Virus record (IMG/VR): IMGVR_UViG_3300042293_000555
Span: 21,046 to 85,045 of that record
DNA from: a virus
Direction: 5' to 3' (one strand)
Length of the DNA: 64,000 bases
Shown here: piece by piece, positions 36,601-48,600 of the stretch
Numbering within the stretch: position 1 is the stretch's first letter
Layout: each line of letters opens with the position of its first letter
The notes under the pieces: model-generated
Seen by the model: only the letters and a program-made list of their open reading frames with translations
What the model was told of the DNA's origin: nothing
Databases searched by the model: none
Translations under genes and position numbers: made by a program

Positions 36601-39600
36601 TTAACCTTTGTTTTCTTACGTGTAGTAATTAAAGATTTAACTGCCCTTGCTGATGCATCATATTCACTCATACCATTTATACCTGCAACTATAATCTTAT
36701 GATACTCTGTACCATGCAATCCCCATAAATGATTTTCACCATTAACCCTTAACACTATAAATGGTGGTGTTACTTCAGCAGTAGCTTTAAGGTCAGCAAA
36801 AGTAAACTTATCTTTCTTAATCAATTTTAACTTTTGTTCTTCATCAAGATTAACTAAGTTATCAAGTTTAGGAAGAATATTAGTATTATTTTGTGCAAAT
36901 TGTACAGCAAATCTACTTGGTACATAGTTTTCACTTCCAACTTCTTCAGATGTAATACCAAACTTAGCTGCTGCATCACCATTAAGATCAAGAGAAGCTA
37001 ATGCATCAGAGAATCCCATTCTTTTTAAATAATCTATAGGAATGAACTTAGCAAATTGAATTACTTCCTGTACACCACCTTCAAGAATAGCATAGTTAAT
37101 CATGTCTTGAGCTAACATCCTTGTATTATAAGTTTCACCATTAAATGATGGCAAGGATATTTTAGATTCCATTAACTGAAGTAATGCATTAGTCATATAA
37201 CTTTCATCAAAGTTAGCTGCTGCTGCATTATTAAATTTAATCAATGAAGGTTTACCGGGTACAGTAGATGTTTCATATTCCATTACTTGGAACAATTTGT
37301 TATTTGCAAAGTAAGGTATTTTCATCAACTTCTGAACATAAGAAGCTAATGATACTTTGTTATCTTCTCTTGAATCAAAGAACAACCTATGTCTTTCTCC
37401 CTGTGCAGTATTGTTCTCAAACAGTGTTGATTCTGCTGCAACAGTATTCATAAATTTCTTTATCTCTTTGAGAATCAATTGTTTTCTTTCAATTTTCTTA
37501 GACTCACTTACTTCTCCTAAACTTAGAATTGAGAATATTTCTTTGTTTAATGCTGCTACTACTTTTGAATTATAAGGAAAATGTTTCTCCCACAATCCAT
37601 TAGCAAAACTTAAACCTGCAATAGCAATATGTCCACTGATAGTAGTAGGTTTAACCCAAACATTGTCACCTAAATTTACAAATTCTTCTTTAGTCAACAT
37701 CTCAGGTGTACGTGATGTAGTTGGAGATGCAATTTCACCAATCAATGCTCCTGCATTTTTAATTGACTTATTCTTGAACAAAGATTTTATAGACTCAAGT
37801 TTTTCCTGTACTTCAGGTAAAGATTTACCTAAACCTTTAGAATCTATATTGATAGATGTCTGTACTGATCTAAGTTTTAAACCATACTCTTGAAGTAGTT
37901 GAAATCTCTGTAATACTTCCTGTTGGAATAATGCTGAATGATTTGTAAGCTGACCAAGCATTGTTGCATTAGTTAATGCTTCACCATTACCTTCAACAGG
38001 TTTAGCAAGAGAGAAACCATACTTTTTAGCAAGAGCATTAAGTACTTTTATTTCTTTATCAGGATCATATTCTGCAAGATTAGATGAAGCATTATTCATC
38101 ATCTTTACATAATCTCTAACAATAGGTTGGGATAAGAATAAGAATTGAATAGAGTTACCATCTGCACCTTTATCAAATCCTAACAATGCCATAACCTTAG
38201 ATATATCTAATGTTATACCATTAATATTTACCTTACCCATTACCTGTTCTTTCTCATTATCTACTGCAATATTTTGAAGTTCCATCAGTACTTCAGCAAT
38301 AGGTCTTTGTAAACTACTATAATCTTCAAGAATTTTTGCAAAAGCAGGATTAATAGATGCCTGACCTTCTATAAAATCATCAGCAAAGTTTTCATTATCT
38401 TTTATCAAATCAGCAGCATCATCACCTTCTTTAGTATTCAATGCTTTCAACCTTGCAATAATAAATTCTACTTTACTGACTTTCAATGTTTTAGGTTCAC
38501 CTAATTTACCATGAGATGTAAGTTCACCAAAAGTAAGTTCTAAAGGTGTTTCTTCATCTGCCATCAATATAAGTTGATTACCATTAGCTTTAGCCTGCTC
38601 AAATAAAGAATGAGAAGTTACATCTAAAGAATAAGCACCTGTACCTACTTTACCTGATGCACCTAAAAACATTTTACCTTTCTGATACTCAGAGTTCAGT
38701 GGACTAAAATTAGTATCATCTTTTTCTCCTTCCAAAATATCATCAATCATTTGGGCCTGTTGTTTAGCAAAAGCAATTGACAACACACCATTGATTTTCT
38801 TTTGAACTTCTGCATTAGAAGAAGTAAAGATTGATTTATGAATTTTAATCAGTTCATTCTGAATAAGTTTTTCTTCTAACCTACTTACATTCTTAGAGTT
38901 TTTATTTAATGGAATAATAGTACCACTATCTAATGATGTAGTCCATAAGTTATAAGCAGTTTCTTTATCTACGTCAAAGTCAAGACCTTTTTGTTCAGTC
39001 ATGTTTGCAGGTAAAATCATCAAATCACCACTCTCTTCAGGAAGGAATCCAACAATTTCAAACTGTGATGCAGATACGTGACCTGAAGTAGGAATCCTAA
39101 AAGAAGTTATTGACATTAATTCTTCAGCAATCTTACCTTTCTTAAGTCTGAATCCTAAATTTGTTTCATCAACATACTTATATCCTTTACCAGATGGATC
39201 TTTTTCCATCAGATTAATGAGATTACCTTCACTATCTCTAAACTTAGCAGGCACAAGTACTTGAGCTGAAATAAAGTTACCTTTGTCATCAAAGGTTGCA
39301 GGTTTTAAACTACCACTCCATTTATCAGTCCATACAATTCTATTTTCTTTAACATCATCAAGATTGTATTTAAACTTATAACCTTCTTCACTACCTGCTA
39401 CAAATGAGTTTCCAGGAAACTTCATCTTAACAATTCTACTTTGAACAATAGATACTAACAGTGATTCAAATCTATTAGAGTTAGCAGACATCCAAATAGG
39501 CATCTCAAATTTAAAGTCAGTAACCTTACCATCTTCATCATAGATATAAGATATTTGTAAAGCATCAATGTCTTGTTTACCATAACCTTTATCAATAGCT

Positions 39601-42600
39601 TCCTGTACTAAAAGTTTCTGTACTTTAACAGCAGTTGCTACAACATCAGTAGGTTTAAAAGTAACAGGGTCAACTCCCAACTCTTCACAAAGTTGTGTTT
39701 GTTTAAGTTTTACCAAATCTGCAAACAGATTAGTAAATTGTTCCTGTAACTGTTTACCTGAATAAGTTTGACCATTTAACTTAAATCCTTCAATATCCAT
39801 AATACCATTACCAAATAATACTTTGGTAAGCTGAGTACCCATACTTACAGTATCTTCTTTTCTTTTGAAAGATTTAAAAGGTACATCTAACTGAATCTTA
39901 AAGTCTTTTCTATTAAGTGTAAGAGATGATTCAAGAATTTTATCTACATCAAATTCAAGTTCATCTTTCTTACCTTCTTTTGGTTTCTTATGTTCAATAG
40001 CAGTGCCATCAGGATTAAATACTTTTAATGCATTGTTGTTTGCACCAACTTTATTACCTGATTCATAAGATGCTCTTACATGTTTACCAGTCTTCTTTTC
40101 TACTGCTTCCAAAGTTTCTCTGATAACATCCAACTCCATACCTTTAGTAAGTTGTGGAATAAGTGGATAAGATGATGTCTTAATATACATCATTCTCATT
40201 ACATCTTGTTCAGCATCATATATTTGACCTGTATATACAGGTTTAATAGGTTGTAATACTTTCTTTACTACTGCTCTTTGAGCTTCAGTCATATCTTCTA
40301 ATGGTGTACCATCAGCAAATAATTTCTTAGCTACCGCTATTTCCTGTGGAGTAATATTGATTGCAGCATCAGCTACCCTACCCATATTTTCTAATATGTG
40401 TAAGTGTTCCTGCCAGGTAGTATACTCCTGTGCATTAGTAGCTTCCATATAAAAGTAATTGTTTGACTTAGGATACTTAGCATTAAAGAACTTAATAGCT
40501 GATGCTTTAGCTGCTTTTAACTTTTGAGTTTCTAATTCATCTTTACCTTTTACAGGCATAGCCATAATCTTGTTATACTCTTCTCTGTCAAATGCTTTAT
40601 TATCCAACAACTTAGTTAAGAACTCAATGTTGTCAGCTATCTTATATCTGTCATCTAAGAATATTTGAATATACTGCTCATTCTCAGACTTATTAATTTT
40701 AGAACCTGGAGCTATCATTGCAGCTAATCTCTTACCTACATTTACAAAGGTTTCTTTAACCTGAGTCATTGCAGGATCATTTGGATTAGCTTTATAGTAT
40801 ACAGCAGGGTCACCAATAACTGTCATAAACATATTGGCATTAGCTATAATCTGATTAATCTCAAAGTCAAAAGCTGCAATTAGAGTATTGGAAATCTTTG
40901 AATCTTTGTCCTTAGCTTTTTTAATCTTCTCTAAATATTCTTTTTCAACAAAATCCAATTCTCCAAACTCATTCAATATTCCACCTTCTTTCCAATTATC
41001 CAATTTCTCATTAACTGATGACTGTACAAATGATTGAATAGCAGGAAGTATTTGAGATTTATAAGCATCAAGGTCTTTGAGAGTAGTGCTACTGTTATTG
41101 ATAAATTCTCTAAGGTTTACTTTTTTACCATTAGTAAGAGTAATCTCTAAATCATTTAACTTAGGTAAAAAGAATAACATACCAGCACCATTATCATAAC
41201 TCTTGATATTGGTTTTCTTATTCTTCTCTTTATAAGCAAACATTCTTGTAATTTCAGGTAGAGCAATTTGCTCATACAACAGTTCCAAGATATCTTCATG
41301 TACTCCTACATTTCCTTCACCATCAACATTATAGAAATTAGAATTAGTTAAATCAAAAGCAGGTGCTTTAACAACAACCATTGTTGACTTATCTGACATT
41401 GTTGGGAAAAAGAATCTTGATACTCTTAAAGGAATAGCTAATAACTTTTTACCTGTACTGTAAGTCTTAGTTGTTGAACCCTGTTTCATATCTTGAAACA
41501 TAGTAATCTTAGTAGCTTCATGGTCAGTATCACTTAATGTTGTGATATCATTATCCTTATAACTCTTCTTACCTTTTTCAGTAATAGCTGTCAGACCCAA
41601 GTGAGATATACCAAACTTAGAACCTAAACCAAAATCACCATTTGGATCCATCAAACTTAACCAAAGAGATTGTTTTGAAAAAGACAATGATTGAAGTTGT
41701 GTAAGGATGTCATCAGTTATCTTCTTTCTTTCTTGAGGTGATTTACTGGAAGCATCCTTCAACTCATTGAATCTGTCAGTAACATATTTCAATGCAGTAA
41801 ATCCATAAATAGATTTTTTACCATCTCTAAATGAATTAGTTACAATGTTTTTAGAATACTTTGACTGAAGATATGCAAGTGTTGATCTGATTGCACCATC
41901 ATCTAAAGGATTACCTGTAAGGTTAGTTTCTGATGTAAGGTCAGTTTCAACATTTCCATTTTTTACTCCCTGACACCAAGCTGCAAGTTTACCAATTGCA
42001 CCTTTAGTATTATCACTCTTCATAAAGAATCCTGTAGCTGTCAATAACTCACCATCACTAAATATTTTATTAGTAAAGATTTGTTCTATTGCTGCATCAG
42101 CTAATTCAATACCAAAATAAGATAACCATATTTGTACTTCACTAACAGCTTCTGCTCTCTCTTCTTTAGTCAACTTCATGTAACCCTTAACTGCTCTTCC
42201 TACAACGTGTTCTTGAAATGGTACAATAGTAAGAACACTTTCACCCTTTTCATTCTTATTAAGGGTTACACTATAAGGTGAACCATTCATTGTCATCTTC
42301 TTAGTGGTATCAAGTTTGTTACCTATCTGAGCTAAGAACTTACTGTGAGCAGGATTATTAGGATTAAGTGTAACTGTACCTGATTTACCTACACCAAGTT
42401 TACTTTTTACAATTTCAACTAATGGTTTATTATCTACATTTGCTAAATCTTTTGGACCTGCAAACCAAGAGTCATACTCTTCTAACAAATTATTTGCAAC
42501 ACCTGTATCAACAATGTATTCTCCATCTTCTTCAGTGATAAGTGGATTACTTACTGCAAATAAATTATTATTCCAAGTAGATGCAATCTTCTTAACAATA

Positions 42601-45600
42601 GCTGATTGATTGGTATCTGTTACCCTAAGTGTATACTTACCTGTATTAAGGTCAAAAGAATACATGGCAAACTCCATCTTCAAAGAGTGAGTGCCCATCT
42701 TATTTGCAAATGAATTTTGAATCTGTTTATCAGCAGCTCTTAATTTTACAATAGCTTCTTTTAACCAAGGATGTGTATCAATGTACAAATCTTCAAGTAT
42801 CTTCATCTGTATATCAAAGTCTACAGGTTGATCAGCAAGAAATGCTTGTATAGTATTGAATACAGTATCAAAGTCTACAAAGGTTGTTACACCAAATGCA
42901 CCTAATACAGGTAATCCTGTTTTACTATTAATGTTGGTAATCTTTGCTAAGAATAATCTAAGTTCAGATGTAATACTATTTTTACCATTCTTTTCTAATG
43001 ATGTCTGAGAATAATTATCTTCTCTTTCAGACATTGCTTCATCTTCACCATACTCATCTAATTCTTCAGACTCTTCTTTGTCAGGATTCTCATTCATTAA
43101 ATCCTTAGCTTCTATTGTAATTTCTTCTTCACCCTGTTCATTCTTAGTTGTCTTAGCTTTAATACCTGCAAACTTGTACAACTTATTAAATGCTTCATCA
43201 ACAATTGTATCTAAGTTCTTTTCAACAATTTTAAATTTATCTAATGCCACTTCATATTTGAGTACAAGTTCTTTTATCTTAGCATCATTTTCATAATTAG
43301 GTACTAACTTTAATGAAGCTAATGTATCAGTTAAATTTTTCTTATTATCTGACATTAAACTCATCAACTCTTTTTTAGCATTTACAGCAAGTTCTCCCTT
43401 GTTTAGTTTAGTAGAATTATCTAATTTAAAGTTGTCTGATAACTGATTAAATAAGAAGTCTATAAGTTGAGCTTGGTGTACCTGACTCAACCCTTCAATT
43501 TTAAATATTTGTTTCAAAAGTTCTTTAGCATCTTCATCTGCCATTTCAGCAGGTGAAAATGATTCTCTATCAACATCAGGTATCTCATCACTAAAATATT
43601 CATTGACCCACTTAATCTGATTTTCAGCTACTTTAATCAGGTGATTAATTTCATTGGCATCACCTTCACTTACTTTATCATCATTAGGTTCTAAGTGACT
43701 TACAATTTCTTTAGACTGATTAGTGTTTTCTGCAATAGCCTGTTTAGCATCTTCAAGTTTTTCTTCAGCAGTTTCACCAATGAAGTTGTAGTCTTCAATA
43801 GTACCTAATGCAGCATCTAATTCTTCATCAGTTAATACATCAGTTATATAAGTAGCTTTCTGTTTAACTATAGGTGCTGCTTTTTTAACAACTTCATTTG
43901 TTGTCTTTCTACTTACAGGTGCTTCATCTGTTGGAGCATAAGTATATACAGGTTGCATTCTTGTTACATACATAGGTTCTTCTTGAGTACCTACATTGTA
44001 ACTACCTATATTAGTTTCAAGATGATCTTTTACATACTCTTCATAAGTATCTGAAGATTGTTCAAAAACTATTTCACCATTTTGATTTTCATAAGCTTTA
44101 ATTACAGGAAGTGCTGATTTAAATGTTGGATTAAATAAAAGGTCAGGATGATTAAAGAACTCTTTAAGTAACTTTACCTTTTCATCAGTTTCAGCATTAT
44201 CCATAAATGTTTCAGCATCTAATATAACAGGTGCATCCATACCCGGAAACCAAAAAACAACATTTCTGCTTTCAGTATAAATATAAGGAAGTAGTTTTGT
44301 ACCACTTGTTTCCCAAGATTTTAATTTAATGTTATGTACCTTTTGTGCATCTTCCTGAATATTACCTGTTGTATTTATTTTTTCAGATTTAACTATTACA
44401 TTTTGACTCAATATTCCATCAAGAATTTTTATTTGATCTATTTCACCAAATGCTGTAGCAAAATGTTTTTTAGCAATTAGATAAGGTGTATATTTATTAT
44501 TTTTATGTTTATAATATTGTTTACCAACCAAATATGTAATAACACTTTGAAATAATGTTTCTGATTGGGTTGATGTAAGTTTTCTTGAAAAAGTAGGAAA
44601 TACCATATAAGTTGGTTCACCATTTTCATCAGTTCCCCATCTTCTTATATCTAAAGGTTGATAAAATAATTTCTTTTTTTCAATAGTTTCTTTATTTACA
44701 ATCTTACCTTCAAAAGGTTTACCATTAAACATTATCTTACCATGCTTATCCATTACTCCAATTTGAGATTGTGGACTTGCTTCACTAATTGATTTTTCTT
44801 TATCCAATTTCATTGGACTAAATGTACCACTCTCTTTCTTAGTAATTACAATGTTAAATGGTTTACCATTAGCTTTAGCATTAAGGGCAGCTCTTCTTAT
44901 CTTTCTTACTTTAGCAATTGCTTCAGCTCTCTGTCCTTCAAACTTATCCTGATACCACATTACATCATGTACAAATGCAACATAGTCACCATCCTCATCT
45001 TTAATAAGCATAGGAAGGTTATCTTCATATTCCTGAGTGGACATGAAGTTAGGATTCTCATCAAGTTTTCTTTTTAAATAACTCTTATATGTTTCTGTTT
45101 TTCTTTTACCTTTTTCATCTTTTAATACTGTACCATAAGCAGGATTTAAAGGATCTTCTTCTCTAACAGGAACTTGTAATTTATCTAACTCAGCACCTTC
45201 TAAAATTACAACCTCTAATACTGTACCTGGATTATATTGATCAGGATGCAGTAACTTTAAAGGTTTGGTAAGATTACCTTCATTAAGTCCTTCTTCACCA
45301 TACTCATATCCAATATCTACTAATGTTTCTCCATCTTCTTCAAATACAGTTGTTGTTGGAATAGCTTCTCTTGAAGCATATCCAAAAGTAGAATCTACAT
45401 TTTCCAACTCTACAGTTACTGTAGATGTAGTACTCTTAGGTAGATTAATAACTCTACCATCATCATTTAATTCTAATTTTTTTTCAGGTTCTAATTGTTC
45501 AGCAGTTTCTTCTAATACTTTTTCAGCAGCTTTTTCATCAGTGTGTTTTACTTCTTCTTCCAATAAACCTAACAGTTCATCAGCAAGAGATGCTTTAGAT

Positions 45601-48600
45601 TTAGCAAACAATTTATTGTAAATTGCTTCATAGTGTGAAAGTGGTATTTGTGGTAAATCTTTATTAGCTCTCCATCCTTCTTTCAAAAGATTAAATGCTT
45701 TTTGAGCACCTGCTACACTACCACTATTGTGAAAAATAAAATCTCTCAAGAACTGTTCAAATGAAGGTACTTCTCCACCTTCACCCATCATACTATTTAC
45801 ATAGTCCATTACTATCCCAGCAGCTTTTTCCTTTGCTTCTTTAGATAATTCTTTCTCTTCATAAGGAGAAAAAGATTCTCTGTCAAAGTCTTCTTCAGCA
45901 GGTGAGAAACTTTCAGCTACAATTTTCTCTATAACAACTCTATTAGGATCTCTTGAATCAACTGATACTTTAAAGTTAGGTGCAAGACCATTTTTAATAG
46001 CTTCACGTAATTCTTCTACTGCTGCTTTTAATTTATCTAAAAGATCAGGATCTAATTTAGAACTGTCTAATGGAAGTATCAATATCTTTTTTCCACCTGC
46101 ATCAATGAACTTTGTTGAGTTCATAATCTTTAACAGGGTTTCAGAAAATACTGGTGTATTAGAAACTCTGGTATACTTATCATTTTCAAAACTCAATTTT
46201 CCATCAGCCACTAATGATTGCAATAACAATTCTGCATTAGCTTTACCTAATACTCTAATTATTGGTGCAACAGCTATTTCACCCTTAGCACTTTTTATAC
46301 TGTTAACAATTGATAATACCTTAGCTCTAATTGCAGGGGGAAAGTTAGAGAATAATTTATTCAACTCATTATCAGTGGGTACATCACCCAATGCTTCATG
46401 TAAAGCAGCTAATTCTGCTGCAAGTTTTTTTCTTTCCTCATCTTCATCTATTTCTGCTTCATCATCAAGTTTACCATTCTTCTTAAGAATATCAACTGCT
46501 TTCTTAACTTCATCAGGATATTTCTGTACAAATTCTTTTTCAGCATCAGACAATGGTTCATTCTTAGCAAACTTAACTGCTACATTTGCCAACATCTTTT
46601 TATCTATAGGTGGAAGTTTCTTTTTTTCTTCTTCTTCCTTCTTTAAAGCTTCTTTTATCTTATCATCATTCTTCTTTGCAAGTACAGCTTTTTCAATATT
46701 ATTAAGTACTTCAAATTGTTCTCTAATACTACTTGCTTGTTCATCAAGAATCTTACCTTTATATTTAGCTAACTTTTTATCAATAGCTTCCATATAGGCA
46801 TCAGTACCTTTTAAATCTTCTAACCCACTATCTTTTTCTACATCTGTAAGTAATTTGTTTTGAGCTTTCAATGATCTTTGATAAGCTGGATCAGTTATTT
46901 TATTAAACTGTTTGTTATTTTCATCAATGATTTTAGTAATCTCTTTCTTTTTTTCCTGTAACTCAACAAGTTCTCTTGCATCTTTTATCTTCATTGCATC
47001 TTTAGAGAACTTCTCTTGGATACCAGCCTTCTGTGATTCATGTGGGTCAATAGCATTTGCATAAGTATTTTCCAACAAATTATCAATGTTGTATCCAACT
47101 TCTACCCCAACTTTACCTGTAGGAACATTGCTGAATCCAACTACCCCATCAGTACTACCATCACTTGATTCATAAATATCAATTTCACCACGTAAACTAA
47201 GATCATTATTTCTTAGAGCAGAAGTAATAGCAGTTTCTGCTTTACCCTTTTGTTCTCTAATTTCAGTATCAATAGTTTCATTAAGTTTATTTAAAGTATA
47301 ATTGTTAGCTCTATTGTTATATACTTCTGAAGAGTTTCCATACTTTGTCATAGACTCCTGAAATACTTTTTCAAGGTCTTTAATCATTGTTACTCCTTCT
47401 TTAGCTCTTTCTCTTATTTCTTTATCTACTTTTGTATCATTAGCTATTTTTTCATAATTTGTGATAAGAGATTCAGTAGTACCTGATTTAAAAGCTATCA
47501 TTGCCTGAACACTTAATATTTTATCACCAACAGCTTTAGCTTCTTCTTTCTTACCTGCTTTTACTAATTTTTCCTGATGTTTTTGTAATTCTAAAACTTC
47601 TTTGTTAGATTTATTTAATGTTGTTAAACTTTCAATTAATCCCATGTTGTTTCCAACATTACCAATTGAATCCCACTTTTTAATCATCTCCTGTTGTTCA
47701 ACATATCTTTCAGCTTTTGTTTTACCTCCCCATCTTTCTTGTGGGCCACCATCACGAGATTGCATATAACCTGTAGTTCCTGCTGACCCTGCTGCTGCCC
47801 AAAAAGCAGTTTCAAAGGTTTGCCAACCTTTCCACTTTTGTTCACCATTGATTTCTTCATAACCAAAAAAGTTATTAAAAGCATCTGTAAAACCATACCC
47901 TTTATCAGTAAATGGAATAATTGAAGATTTATTACCTACACCATATTGATAACCAATATCCCCACCTAATCCTTCTATTAAAGTTTCTTCAACAACTTCT
48001 TGACCCATTTCAGATAAAATTTCTTTACCTGACCATTTTGAACCACTCTTAAGTAATTCTTGAGATAAATAATGTCCTCTTGTAAACAAACCTGCTGTAG
48101 CTAAGTTTAATGCCATAATAGGTACATAGTTTACACCTGCTGTAATTGCAGCACCTTTTTTAGCATTAGCTTTAGCAATCTTATCTACATCAGGATTATC
48201 TAATCCAAATTGTTTAATTGCTGCCTTTTCTGCTTTCCTTGCTGCCCATGCTGCATCTTGTGAATTTGCTCCTGATTCTATAGCATTATCATAAGCTTCT
48301 TGAAAAGCTGTTTGTTTATAACTTTTAAATTCAGGAGAAAGGTCATTCATTACTTCATCATAAACCTTATCATAAGTTTCATTAGCAGCTAAGTATCCTG
48401 CTGTAGATGTAAGAAAATGAGCAGTAGCAACTTTAGCTGCCAGTTGTGGTACTTTTAATGCACTTAATACACCACCTGAAGCTATACCTTGTACAATAAA
48501 TGGAACTATTCCACCTACTACAGAACTACCTTGATTAACTATATATTCTGTCCAACCACCATCTATAGCATTCCATTCATCACTATTTCTTGTTTGGAAA

